Assembly: GCF_037042905.1 (NCBI RefSeq) | Contig: NC_087263.1 | Span: 12,960,001 to 13,024,000, forward strand | Length of the DNA: 64,000 nucleotides | From: Lytechinus pictus | Taxonomy: Eukaryota | Reading direction: 5' to 3' | Part shown: positions 51,471 through 64,000 of the stretch, in pieces | How positions within the stretch are numbered: the stretch's first letter is position 1 | Layout of the letters: each line of letters opens with the position of its first letter | The notes under the pieces: model-generated | What the model was told of the DNA's origin: nothing | Database searches by the model: none | The model's input: the letters and a program-made list of their open reading frames with translations, nothing else | Translations under genes and position numbers: made by a program

Positions 51471-51727
51471 GCTCGCACCAGCGGGCACCAAGCACCAGCC
51501 CGGACCCTGATTGGCCGGCGGCTTCGGCCAATCACAGCGCAGCTCACACCCGAGTGGAGCCAGACAATAGCGTGCAGCCGGGCACGCCGGCCCCTCGCCG
51601 ACGCTATATAACCCGTGCGCAGCAGCGTGTTTGCTGATTGCCTGACGAAGTCTAGCAGCTTGCAGACGAAACGTCGCTTTCCTACTAAGTTTGATACATC
51701 GTGAGACAACTGGTTATTTCGTCTACT
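51471..51727 (+). mobile_element. Penelope-like element (pLTR) fragment with minimal hammerhead motif
   Basis: GC-rich insert flanked by the 12-bp direct repeat CAAAATTTAAGT (51459-51470, 51728-51739). Contains CTGACGA-A-GTCT...AGAC-GAAACGTC at 51642-51675. Confidence 0.7.
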
Positions 51728-53809
51728 CAAAATTTAAGTTATTTCAAGTATTTTTTACACCTGTATAAAGAGGAAAAGTTCATGTAAGTGATTTTTTAGA
51801 AGAGTTTTACACCTGATCGATGGGCAAAAGTGTTTTTTTACTACTGTGAAAATGACACATCTTATCCCAGAAATGATTGTAATGCCTGCTATTAAATGAG
51901 AGCACTGTCATCGTACATGTAATATCCCAAAAAGAAAAAAAAACATGCAAAATATCTAGGGTGCTTCAATAAAATTACAAGAAGTCTTGATGGGATAAAT
52001 AAACCTGTATCTTGTGAACTTTGGGGCTCAAATTATTCAAAGGGGTATGGCCATTTTTAAGAGGGCATCTAAAAGGAAAGGGATGGCGGTGCTCACTTGC
52101 AGGGGCAGCAAGAAGAAAATGTTTGGGTATCTTATAGGTAGAAGTTTTGAAGTTTTTAAAAGTTTGAAGAATATCTACCTATACACTATCCATAAATATA
52201 TAGTGACTTCAGTGAAAATAAAATCAATATCAAAACAACTTTAATATAAATCCTAATCATACATTTGATTTTTTGAACTTCGTCAACTGCCCCATTTTTT
52301 CAGGACTTTTGAAGATTCTCTTCTCACTCAATATACAGTTACATGTATATAGTGTTTTAATTGAAAGAATAATTGAAAAAAATTGATATTTTGGGAACTT
52401 GATTATACGTTGTTGAGAGTAATTATTGATTTTTGAACTTTGTCAACTGCCCTATATTTTCAACAAAAACCTACAAATACAGAAAAGCATACTGAATTCC
52501 CCCCAAAACAGTAAATGTTCAGTATGAATACAGGTCATATCTAGAAAATATTTTGAACAAACGTCTATTTTAGATGTTGACGTTGCGGCTTTCCATAGTT
52601 GTGGTTGATTGGATCAATCGTAACTGTTTGTAAGACGGGGACCCATATCGGTGTACCCCACCTGACAGTTAATATCCGATTATGGAGGCGTTGGCTTTCG
52701 CACCAGTGTTTCACCTTTCTTTTTCTGACATTATACAGTTCCTCTTTTCTTACCACCCCCTCAAATCAATCTGTGTTTTGAAATCGATAGTCACTCCCAG
52801 AGGATTAGCGTTCACTAGACCCCATGTTTAGCCCCTGGCCGCGATCATTTTACGTGTTTTTCCAGTCCCTGTGATCAATTGACCTTTATTAAAATACAGT
52901 CCCAGTAATGTTCTGTGTGACATTTGTATTCTCTTTGTTCTGTTCGGATGAATTCTGTACTTACTGTCTGTTTTACCATTTTATCTCAGGTATTTTCTTT
53001 CAGTACATGTATGTAATAAACAGGAAGTAATTTACCTTTCTATGTTGTAGTTTTTTTTTTTTTTTGCAAATACCAACTATTATTTAAACCTACATGTGGT
53101 TTATCTGCTTTAAATATCTGTCCTCCTTTTTTCATCTTCTTTCTTCTCATCCTTGTTCTAAATTCTTTTTGAATTGTTTAATTTCTTTAGACCCAAATGT
53201 GGGACCACTTGGCCATGGCAGTAGGGAAACCATTATATGGGGGCTTGGGGCGATTTTCCCCCGAAAATGTTAAAAAGAGCCCTGGAAAACTAAGAAAAAA
53301 GAACCCATGAAATTCCCAATTCACTGCAATTTTAATTTTTTCCCCAATATTCCAATATTGGGTGCGTCGTGGTCTAGTGGTCCTGACTCTCGCCTTTGAA
53401 TCAGAGGGTCGTGGGTTTTATCCTAGCCATGGCGTGTTTTCCTTCAGCAAGAAATTTATCCACACTGTGCTGCACTCGACCCAGGTGAGGTGAATGGGTA
53501 CCCGGCAGGAGTAATTCCTTGCATGCACTGAGCGCTGGTGATGGTAGCTCGAGCTAAAGCCGGGGTAATAATAGCAGCGCTTTGTATCCTCAGGCAAAAA
53601 GCACTTTATAAATCCAGCTTTTGTTATTATTATTGTTATTGCCTGCACGGCAATCGATATGAGTTAAATTTCATCTCAACAACTACATTACTTAACTAGT
53701 TTATTACTTCAATCTTCACTCCAATTTTGCATAATGTCTTAATATGTTTTTTTATAATGTTTTTTATATAATGTGTGTTTTCTTCTTTCTTTTCAACTTT
53801 ATTTTGCAG

Positions 53810-53883
53810 GTTGCTGGAGTTGTTGGTCGTGCTGATGTGTTGTCTTGTCTGTGTTTCCTCCTTGCATTCCTAGCTTATTCAAG
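53810..53883 (+). CDS. TMTC1: TMTC1-like exon (VAGVVGRADVLSCLCFLLAFLAYS)
   Basis: Polypyrimidine tract plus TTGCAG, donor AG|GTTTGT, phase 0->2. VAGxVGRADVL motif. Confidence 0.92.
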
Positions 53884-54028
53884 GTTTGTCCATTGCTCTC
53901 TACGTAAGATGAATCTTTCCATCAGGGAAGGGGGTGATGGGGGTTGATGTGCTTGGATTCTGTACCAATCGTAGCTTGCTGTTGAAGCAAACCAATCTAT
54001 TCTTTTACTATAGGTTATTGTACATTAA

Positions 54029-54313
54029 CTCTTTGCCCGCCACGGACAGAATCACTCCTTCGCTACATTAATTTCAAGGTGCAACATTGTGAGGGGCTTT
54101 GCATGGACTATGCTAATTCAGTTCACAATAGCTTTTGATTGGTTTATTGTAAAGAAAAGCTCTGTGTGTACACAGTACAATGCAATGCTCACATCACTAT
54201 TGTGTACATGTGTATGAACAATAGACTTAATGCACTCTGTTTGTATTGTGAACAGAATGTGACTTGAGTTGAACTTGGCAGTCCACTGGATGTGAATCTA
54301 GTCGAACAAAGAG
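54029..54313. mobile_element. piggyBac-like MITE
   Basis: TTAA|CTCTTTG...CAAAGAG|TTAA. Confidence 0.6.
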
Positions 54314-55085
54314 TTAATAATTTATTAAATCATATAAAACAGAAGAGATGAATAAATTTTAGAAATAATGAATGATAAGAAAGTTATACATTGTAACGTT
54401 GAAATCACTATTATACTATTGGGATCCACTCATTGGCAATGTATTTTTATAAAGAACTTTCCTATAAATTATTTTTCTATATATAGATTGATCTTCATTT
54501 TTGTGCATAACTATAAACAAGGTAATTGGTCAGAGGATCATGGCATGACAGAAATGGTCGTCACAAAAAGAGGAGTACAAAGCAAAATGAGTTTTACTGA
54601 AGATATACAGGATATAAATAAGATTTCAAAATATGTAGACAAAGTAAGGGAGGAAATGGGGATAATGAACAAGTAAGTTTTAAAGATAATTAAAGTTGGA
54701 TGGAAGCTTTTGCCTACATGTATATTGTCTTGTGAAAGGGAGATGGGAAGACTATTTTCCTGATCCAAGCCTTTGTAATAGACGGAATGTTGAGTTGTAG
54801 AAATTGAAATGCTCATAACTCTGTTATTGTCTGTCTAATTTTTCTCAAAGTTTATCTGGTTGACTCTTTAAATTTCATTACTGTTTTGACATGAGCTAGC
54901 TAGATAGATAGATAGATAGATAAATAGTATTTGTTGTGATTAAAAATCAATTAGCAGCCAAAGGCTGAATTACATGAATTGTACAGAGTAAAATTTCAGT
55001 AAACAAACAGTAAAAAAAAAACTAATCCCTATACAAAGGTTTGATTTTGTTATCATTTCATATTACACTTTAATACAATGTACAG

Positions 55086-55295
55086 ATGTATAGTATCAGA
55101 GAGACCAAAGCAGGAGGAACGTTGCTACCAGCCCACCTCCACCCCATACCTCATCCTCTCAACATCCATTCCTCATCTCGTTCTCTGCATCTTCCTCTCG
55201 CTCTGTGGTTTATTGGTCAAGGAACACTCTGCGACCGTCCTAGGGGTCTGTCTGTGCTACGATGCCATTGTGAAGTCATGGCCTTTTCTGACAAG
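55086..55295 (+). CDS. TMTC1: TMTC1-like exon (CIVSERP...LLVKEHSATVLGVCLCYD...FLT)
   Basis: TACAG acceptor, AG|GTACGT donor, 210 nt, phase 2->2. LVKExxxTVxGVCxxYD matches the TMTC KE motif. Confidence 0.9.
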
Positions 55296-56363
55296 GTACG
55301 TGTAAGTAGTTGTTGTTTTGTTTGTTTTATATACTACCTGACTACTGAAATGAAGCACTAATCTGGATTTGCCACTCTCCACCCAGGTGAGGTTCGCGGG
55401 TATCCTACTGTACCAGGGGGCCGTTTCATAAAGCTGTACGTAAGTTAAGAGCGACTTTAAGAACGACTGGTGATCCTTTCTTACGCGCTTAACCATCGCC
55501 AATGAATATACCATTTTAACACGAGAAAGGATCACCAGTCGCTCTTAACCTACGAACAGCTTTATGAAACACCCGCCAGGGGTATGCGCTACATGCATGC
55601 AATGCCTTTTCCACAGCTAACTTTTTCCTGTTGATAAAATATTCATCCTTTTAGATAGAGGTAACTTTTTCTATTGATATTTACTCTTGATGTTACATGT
55701 ATGTCGCAAGTAGAATGTTTTGAAATCACACAAATGATTGTTTCACCTTTTTGATACCACATTTTCCAGTTTCAAAATAGTTTATCCTTTTTTAAAATTC
55801 CATTTTTATGGGGGGGGGGTGGGAGGAGGTTCATACTTTTCGCACTTGATGTTTAGCCTGAATAGAACAACAAAGTTTTGAAAGCCCACATTATTTTTTC
55901 ACCTTTTTGGAGAGCTGCCCTTTTCTCTTTAAGTAATGTAGCAGGCAGTGATTTCATGAGAAAGTCTTTTAAATAATGTTTTATTAAAAAGTCACCATAG
56001 ATGTCAATCTGGTTTATAAACCCAACCCTCTCAATCTTTGCCGAAAATAACCATGTACTGAAGGTCACCAACACAGATTAGCAGATGCAGGAGAGTGTGT
56101 TCTTATCACTGCTTGGGAAAAGAGCCTACACCGGGCTGAAGTCTGATACTTATTTTGTCCATTTCTCAGCATTTACACCTCTTCTACCAAATCCATTGGG
56201 CCTATATTATTTTATTTAAATACATTTGGGTGGTAATTTTATTGGATTTTGTTCCATCTAGTGTTTAGAAGTCATTTTAGACAGTTCCGGCAACTGGATT
56301 CACATTGTCTTTTAAAGGTGTTTTATTAATTTGCTTTGTTTTTTCCTTCATTGCATTATCCAG

Positions 56364-56439
56364 TGTAAAATCAAAGTCCTCTACCTTGCCGGCAGATCTG
56401 ATCCCATTCATCTTCAGAAGTGCAATATTGATTGGTGCT
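56364..56439 (+). CDS. TMTC1: TMTC1-like small exon (VKSKSSTLPADLIPFIFRSAILIGA)
   Basis: ATCCAG acceptor, GCT|GTAAGT donor. Phase 2->0 is exactly what is needed to join the flanking exons. Confidence 0.8.
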
Positions 56440-58949
56440 GTAAGTATATCTTGCTATCATCATATCATCTTTATAAAAAAAAATCAATGCTAGTTAAATA
56501 GATAATATTCATTGAATAATCTAAGAATAGGAAACTTCAGGCATGACGTCATCAACCCACCTATTTTATTCTTATGACAGCATAAACATAATTTTTTTTT
56601 CTCGTAGTATTGCTAAGCTTTATAATTCAATAACTTGTGTGTAATTAGATTTTGATGAAATTTTCAGTGTTTCTCATTTAATTTTTATGGTATTTACAAG
56701 TATTTAGATTTATTGTCGACTTTGAGTACCTCTTTAAATATGGAAAGCCAGTTGTAACACTGATTTTAAACAGTACTGGAGGAGCTAAATTTGTTAGCAT
56801 GTTTGGTTCTTAATTACAGTCTCGAAATAATGACTAAAACAGATTTATTCACCATAAAGCATGGTGTCAGAACAGGGTAAATATTAGCAAAATAAAATGT
56901 GAACATAATTTCAATCTCTTCTGCTTTCCATAAATTTAGCTAAGAGTTTATAGACTATGCATGACCTAGTTTACCAGGTGGGTGTTACATATAAAAGCTG
57001 TTCGTAAGTTAAGAGTGACTTTAAGAAGGACTGGTGATCTTTCTTTTGGTAAATGGTATATTCATTGGCAATGGTTAAGCGCATAAGAAAGTTTCACCAG
57101 TTGTTTTTAAAGTCGCTCTTAACTTACCAACAGCTTTTTAAAACACCCACCAGGACTTCTGAATACAGGCATATATGTGTTCACAAAGGATAAATTCCCT
57201 GTGTCACTTTAGCATCTCACTTTAATTTAAAAAAATAAATAAAATCATTTCATTTCATTTTCATCAGCTTCTCCATCATCATCAGCAGCATTTCCATTTT
57301 TTTATGATTATCATGATTATCACAACTGGTTATTTTTCTTCTATTGTTTAAAATTATTATTTCAATCATTCTTTTTCATCCATTCTGCTATTTATTCAAT
57401 ATGATATATTTAATATATGTTTTGGTTCGTGATATTCTCAAGCATATGTGCTCACAATGACAATTCGTCTTCTCGTCTTCTGCAAGTGATTTTATGTTTA
57501 ATGATGCATATTTTTTATTTGTTGGCAAAACTTCTTTGTTACATTCATCCTTTAACAATGCTGCATGTTATCTGACACCACCTCTATCACCTCAAATGTT
57601 TATCTGTCAGTAAAACCACTGTATTTGATCCTTTCCATCATAGTCCTGATTGCCTTTCTGTCCCAGAAATATTAAAAACCAAGACGGGCTTCCTTCAAAA
57701 GCCTCAATTTTACCTTTCACTATCCTGAATAGGAATTATCTTTCCTCTTTTCCAAGTAGTCTCGTATACATGTACATTCAGCTTCTAACTTGATGAGAAA
57801 TGTGTGTCCCGATACTTGATTAAGTTGGATTTGGTCATCGCTGTCAAACTCTTATTCATTTTATAACAAATATATACTTTATTCATTGTTTAATAGTTGT
57901 ATTTGTATTCTTATTATCCCTTTTTTATATTACTATCATTATCATTTTCATTTGGATTAAATTATCATTGTGTTTAAAGCCTGTCTAAAGCTTTAGAAAA
58001 GACCAGTAATGTATTAATTATATCATACTCTAATATCATCGAACAAGATTTTCAAGTATACGACATCTGTGCTTTTTTTTTGTATACTTCAGTATGATAC
58101 CTGTTTATGTGATTTATCACGTTCTGTTCAAAACAAGTTTTGAGTTTCATTGGACTTCCTTTATGATATCGCGTTTCCTGTTTACCTGTTCGTAAAACAG
58201 TGTATTTATGTTGAAAACCTGTCTTTTTTCAATAGAGATATCTCTTATTTCACTCATTTCCCCTTGTCAATTAAGGTCTTAGCTTTTCTCCAAAGTTCAA
58301 TGATCTGTAAACACCATCCAGATCAGATGTATTTCACAAATTCATATATACACTTGTTTGCATTTATTTGGAATATTTTGTTTAATGTGTCAATTTTGCT
58401 TCCTTTTTTGAGAGAGATATCTGTTGTTTATTCCTGTTTTCTCAACAATTTTCATGTACTTTCGTGAGAATTTGATTCCTTAAAATGGCAATGCTTCATG
58501 TTCATCTAAGTCTCACACAATCCAATCAAGTGTTGGATATTGAAGACCTCACAAACATACGGTGTGCTACATTTATCCTTTATAGACCTTAGTAACAAGT
58601 AAATTCCACACTTGTCACAGTTATTGTTGGTGGCAAACTTGCACTGCAACAATCATCATAATTAACAACAACAACAAAACAACATCATCTTCTTCTTCAT
58701 CATCATCAACAACAATAATATAATCATCTTCTCTTCATCATCATCATCATCTTTATCATCATCATCATTATCATCATCATCATCATTATCATCATCATCA
58801 TCATTATCATTGTAGTTTGTCCTTTTGGATCATTACACCACAGCCCCCCCCCCCCCCCCCCCCTCTCCCCTCCTGTCCCCTGCAAGTTCATTTAGCTTGA
58901 TACTTTGAAATCACATACTTATATCTGGTTCTTTCTCATTACTTTATAG

Positions 58950-59053
58950 GCATTTGTATTCCTTAGTTTCCGTCTGTGGATGTTGAATGGTCATCTCCCT
59001 CATTTTTCAGAGGAGGATAATCCAGCTTCATTTGCTCCTCATCTCACAACAAG
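58950..59053 (+). CDS. TMTC1: TMTC1-like exon (AFVFLSFRLWMLNGHLPHFSEEDNPASFAPHLTT), start of DUF1736 region
   Basis: Not in the ORF track; translated by hand. TTATAG acceptor, AG|GTAAGA donor, phase 0->2. FSxxDNPASF motif. Confidence 0.92.
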
Positions 59054-59119
59054 GTAAGATATGCTAAGACAAAAAATTGGTAAATTTGAGAAAAGGAATG
59101 ATGAGAAAGAGAGAGTTAA

Positions 59120-59698
59120 AGGGATGGTCCGGGCTGAAAGTATTTATAGCTTAATAAATAGAATAGAATTCACTGAGCAAAATGCCGAAAATTTCATCAA
59201 AATCTGATAAAAAATAACAAAGTTATTGAATTTTAAAGTTAAGCAATATTTTGTGAAAACAGTCGTCATGAATATTCATAAGGTGGGCTGATGATGCCAC
59301 ATCCCCACTTGTTCTTTTGTATTTTATTACATGAAATTAGGTTTATTCAAATTTTTTCCTCCAAGAACTAGAAAAAATTGGATTGACAACTGATTTAGTG
59401 CATTAGATATTTATTGCTGCAACTTATTTCTTTATAAGGGAGACATATTATTCACACAAGTATGAAATAATGAAAAAATGTGATTTTTATGTAATAATAA
59501 GAAAACAGAAAGTGGAGATGTGACATCATCAGCCCACCTAATGAATATTCATGACGACTGTTTTCACAAACTATTGCTAAAGTTTAAACTTCAATAATTA
59601 TTATTTGTTATCTGATTTTGTTGAAATTTTCGGCATTTTGCTCAGTGAATTCTACTCTATGTATTAAGATATAAATATTTTCAGCACGGACCATCCCT
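59120..59698. mobile_element. Kolobok/T2-type MITE (family A variant)
   Basis: TTAA|AGGGATGGTCCGGGCTG...GGACCATCCCT|TTAA. Confidence 0.85.
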
Positions 59699-59729
59699 TT
59701 AAATAGAGAGGGGGAGAGAGAGGAGTTAA

Positions 59730-60315
59730 AAGGGATGGTCCAGGCTGGAGATATTTATATCTCAATAAATAGAGTAAAATTCACAGAGCAAATGCTGAAA
59801 GTTTGATCAAAATCGGATAACAAATAATGCAGTTATTGAATTTAAATATTTGCATTATTCCGGTGAAACAGTTCTAGGCATGTCTTCATGAATATTCATT
59901 AGTGGGATGATGATGTCATATCCCCACTTGTTCTTTTGTATTTTATTATATGAAATTAGGTTTATAAAAAAAAAAATCTAAAACAATTGGATTAACAACT
60001 GATTAAGTGCATTGGTTATGTATTGCCGCAACTTATTACATCATAATGGAGACACATGTATGAAAATATGAAACAATCATGATTTCATGTAATAACATAA
60101 GAAAAAGGAAAGTGGGGATATGACATTATCAGTCCACTTTATTAATGAATATTGATGATGATGTACATATAACTGTTTTCACAAAATATTGATAAACTTT
60201 AAAATTCAATAACTTTGTTATTTGTTATCCAATTTTGATGAAATATTCAGCATTTTGCTCTGTGAATTGTACTCTATTTATATAGATATAAATATTTTCA
60301 GCCCAGACCATCCCT
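59730..60315. mobile_element. Kolobok/T2-type MITE (family A), adjacent second copy
   Basis: Same TIRs, about 30 bp downstream of the previous copy. Confidence 0.85.
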
Positions 60316-60966
60316 TGAATCAAAGAAAGCAGTTAAGAACAAAAGAAAGATTAAAAGAAAGAAGAAAAAAAAGGAAGACAGGCATAGAAGAAAAATAAGG
60401 AAGTGGGGAGAGGTAAGCAAAAGAAAAATGCAATCAGGTTCGCAAATGACCACCAGAATTATAATCTCGAAAGATCATATTTCAACTTTAACCCTTGAAT
60501 TCAACTTGCGAACAATATGAAACAGTCCCTAGGTTACCGGTCAGAATCATAATGGCCTGAATTTCAAAGGTGGTTTCAAGTGTACCATCGTACAAAACCT
60601 TGGAATATGCAGATTTTGTGTTTATAAATTATGCTTATTTCAATGCGTACACTAAAATATTATGTATGCCTTTTGCAAAGAGTGGATAAGTTATGCTTGA
60701 ATATGAAAAATCTAGTTCATGGTTTTGTATCATGGTGCAATTGAAACCACCCTAAAATAAATTCTGGCCACAATGTCCACATCTCATAGGTGCAATTGAT
60801 TTTACACAATGATATTCATCCCAATTAATGAAGCCCCCACATAATTTGTTTCAATAATTTGTTTCTTTTCTCTCCCTTAATCCCTTTCCCTCAACCTTTC
60901 CTCCAACAACCCCCGATCCTCATCTAATCTTTTTCAATTCAATTCAATTTAACTTTGGTTTATTAA

Positions 60967-61570
60967 AGGTCAAGTCCACCTCAGAAAAACACTGATTTAA
61001 AATCAATAGAGAAAAATCAGACAAGAATAATGTTGAAAATTTCATCAAAATCTGATGTAAAATATGAAAGTTATGACATTTTAAAGTTTCACTTATTTTT
61101 CACAAAATAGTTATATTTACAATTTAGTCACATGCAAATGAGACAGTTGATGATGTCCCTCACTCACTATTTCTTTTGTTTGTTATTGTTTGAATTATAC
61201 AATATTTCAATTTTTACAGATTTCACAATAAGGACCAACTTGACTAAACCACAAAATGTTAAACAATGGTAATTCCTCATGTTCAGGGAGAAATAAAACT
61301 TTGTTTCACAGGACAATGATGATAAAATTAGAATAACTCATATTTCATATAATAAAATACAAAAGAAATAGTGAGTGAGTGATGTCATCAGTTCCCTCAT
61401 TTGAATACCGACCGGGATGTGCATATAACTGTTTTGTGAAATTAAGCAAAATTTAAAACTGTCATAACTTTCTTAATATACATCCGATTTTGATGAAATT
61501 TTCAGTGCCTTGCTTGTTGGATTTTTCTCTTTTTATTCAAATGAACTCTTTTTTGGAGTGGACTTGTCCT
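60967..61570. mobile_element. Kolobok/T2-type MITE (family D); decayed relative at ~18307-18851
   Basis: TTAA|AGGTCAAGTCCAC...GTGGACTTGTCCT|TTAA. Confidence 0.82.
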
Positions 61571-61908
61571 TTAAATACATACTGTACATGTACATTGCAG
61601 TAGTCCTAAGACTCATGATGCAAAGTTCACGTAAGAGTATGATTTGCATCTAGAGATTTTACATACATTTAAAAATATTTTAAAATTGGTTGATTCAACA
61701 TTGAAATAAGTAAGATTGGCATAATTAATACGAGTTTGAAATTGCAATTATAGGATCTGTGAAATTTTTGTCTTGAAGTCCAGCAGGAGAAACAAAAATG
61801 GCAAAAATCAACAAAACTTGAGAGCTCTCACTCAGGGGAAATAGAGGCACCACATGTTATTTGGTTATTGTTTTGTTTATTTCTTTTTCTCATTCTCTCC
61901 CTCCCCAG

Positions 61909-62098
61909 GTTCCTGACCTACAGCTACCTTGTAGCATTCAACATTTTGCTGCTCCTCTGTCCCACCACACTGTCCCATGACTGGCAGGAAGGGAGCATCC
62001 CCCTCGTCGAGTCGTTATGGGATCCGAGAAACGCTGCCACCCTCTTAGCCTTTGCGTCGCTCTGTCTCATAACGTTTCATTGCATCTTCAGGTCAAAG
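61909..62098 (+). CDS. TMTC1: TMTC1-like exon (FLTYSYLVAFN...LSHDWQEGSIPLVESLWDPRN...)
   Basis: Long pyrimidine tract plus CCCCAG, AAG|GTACGA donor, phase 2->0. RFLTYSYLxAFN and DWQxGSIPLVExxWDxRN resemble the TMTC1 paralog best. Confidence 0.93.
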
Positions 62099-62440
62099 GT
62101 ACGAATTACTGCGAAAAGCATCGGGCTGAGAGCAATTTTAAGCCTTCAAAATGTGCAAATATAAATAAATGAGTAATACCGCTAAATTCAACACAGTTAT
62201 TTGTTTCTCTTTATGCATTTAACATTTTTACTTTATTAATTGCATTTTGAATTTTGCAAGGGCTTAGGAATAGTGAAGCTGAGTAATATAAATAAACATA
62301 GTTATTTCTTTATTTTTCTACATTCAATTTCTTTTTCCCAGTTTATTATTTCCATTTTGGCCTTTGCAGATGCAGAAATTGAGTATTATAGATAAACAGA
62401 TTTTTTTTTTCCCTATTTTTTAATATTTATCTTATGACAG

Positions 62441-62562
62441 GACACAGAGAGAAGAGTACTTGCATGTGGATTGCTTTTTCTGGCCGTTCCATTCTTGCCT
62501 GCCTCTAATTTACTAATCAAAGTTGGTTTTGTTGTGGCCGAGAGAATCCTCTATATACCAAG
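62441..62562 (+). CDS. TMTC1: TMTC1-like exon (DTERRVLACGLLFLAVPFLPASNLLIKVGFVVAERILYIP); gene continues beyond window
   Basis: Translated by hand. GACAG acceptor, AG|GTAATC donor, phase 0->2. PFLPASN and VGFVVAERxLYxPS are hallmark motifs. Confidence 0.93.
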
Positions 62563-63378
62563 GTAATCCCCCTGCAGGCAAAAAAGGCTTGAACTAGCTT
62601 TTAAACGAATGAAAGTTAAATAAACTGCATTGGTGAAATATACCACAAATTTTAATAAACTTTTGATCCTAATGCACATGATATTCAGCAGAATTTATTT
62701 ACCTTCAAATTTACCCCCAAATCCACCTCCAGATACCACAAATTTAACTTTTGACCTAATGCAAATGAAATTCGGCAAAAATTATTCCCCTCCAAATTTT
62801 CGACTGCACCCTTCAGTCTTCTTCAGGGATATGACTTGTCTGATCTTCACCGGAAGTGACGTAACGGCAAAGATTTGGGTCATAAGTGTGCAGATGAAAA
62901 ATTATTATGAAATGACATTCAAAGTTTAAATCTCATTTGAGCCATCCGAGTATGCTTACTTTGATATCATTTTGCTTTCTTATTATCTTGTGCATCTTTT
63001 TGAGCACCTTATCTTTATTCAAAGTCATGGTATGATTTACATATAACTTTCAGATACCATAGGAAAAAAAATTACATCATCTGTGATACTGTTGCTCACC
63101 GAATAAATACTTGCATGGCTAAACTGGAACAGTTCAAAAGCAGTTATGCTTTACTTTAGAACTGGCCTGCTTTAGAAGATATTTTAAGCGTTTTGTAATG
63201 CTATTTCGAATTAACCGCAAATAAAGCATGAATGCCTTTTTTAAAGGGATGTGAGGATGGACTTCTTTAAGTCTTTTCCAAAGGACTTGGCAATACGAAT
63301 GAACATATTTTAAAATTGGTTTTTGTAAATCTCCAAAATACTTAATGGATATATTAATGCCTTGGCTGTACTACATCA

Positions 63379-63650
63379 GGGCCCCGTCTTACAAAGAGTT
63401 GCGATAGATCCGATCAACCACAACTATGGAAAGCCAGCAATGTCAACATCTAAAATGCATGTTTGTTAAAAATATTTTCTAACTACGATGTACATTCATA
63501 CATTAACTGTTTTCTTGAAAATTCAGTGTGCTTCTCTTTGTTTACAAAGGACATTTTGCAAATTTCCTGCAGAAAAAATTATGACACTGATGCATTCCCA
63601 CAGAGTTACAATTGATTGGATCAATCATGACTCTTTGTTAGACGGGGCCC
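63379..63650. mobile_element. PIF/Harbinger-like MITE (other copies ~39460-39723, 52540-52643, 63772-64000)
   Basis: GGGCCCCGTCTTACAAAGAGTT...ACTCTTTGTTAGACGGGGCCC; dispersed copies in both orientations. Confidence 0.7.
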
Positions 63651-64000
63651 GGATCTATAAAGAATTTATGTGTTGATGTCAAGATGTATGTACAGTAAAA
63701 AAAAATCCTCCAATATGATGTATTATCATTATAAGGCTGTTAAGTGGTCCATTGAAAACAATGCAATATCAGGGCCTGTCTTACAAAAAGTTGTGATTGA
63801 TTCAATCAATCGTAACTATGGAAAGCCAGCAATGACAACATTTAAAATTCATGTTTGTTTAAAATATTTTCTAGAAATGACGTATATTCATACATTTCTG
63901 TTTTCTTGACAGTTCAGTATGCTTCTCTTTGTTTTCAAAGGACATTGAGCAAATTTCCTAAAGAAAAATTATGATATTTTGTGGATTTCCATATACTTTA

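Larger units (their letters stand above)
50393..51820. repeat. Degenerate ~45-bp minisatellite interrupted by three insertions
   Basis: Unit CTGTACAATGAAGAAATTTAAGTGGTATTTTAAGGTGTTTTACAC, best preserved at 51270-51450. Confidence 0.75.

Noticed and set aside
57420..58520. Probable old LINE remnant in the intron (also 54540-54840)
   Set aside because: Composition is suggestive, but no diagnostic motif was readable with enough confidence to annotate.

Overview
AT-rich, repeat-dense animal genomic DNA. The SINE and MITE content suggests an invertebrate deuterostome, probably a sea urchin (inference). One protein-coding gene is well supported: a + strand TMTC1-like protein O-mannosyltransferase (GT-C fold). 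Eight phase-consistent GT-AG coding exons run from 44346/44382 to 62562 (about 463 codons from the ATG at 44382). A probable extra first exon ends at 38431, and the TPR-encoding 3' part lies beyond the window. The remainder is transposon-derived: tRNA-SINEs, LINE fragments, TTAA-, TA- and 8-bp-TSD MITEs, and minisatellites. Main observations: (1) TACATGTA and related TA-x-TA palindromes are strongly enriched inside the gene body, and one is shown to be a TA->TACATGTA indel by comparing the two arms of a palindrome. (2) A 4.2-kb foldback/TU-like palindromic element sits in a TMTC1 intron. (3) A 257-bp TSD-flanked intronic insert carries a Penelope-type minimal hammerhead ribozyme motif. (4) A 7SL/Alu-domain-like sequence lies antisense in the putative first intron. 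(5) A MITE plus its intronic flank is duplicated in inverted orientation 38 kb upstream. (6) A uORF stop overlaps the putative start codon (AUGA). All coordinates and counts were read by eye.
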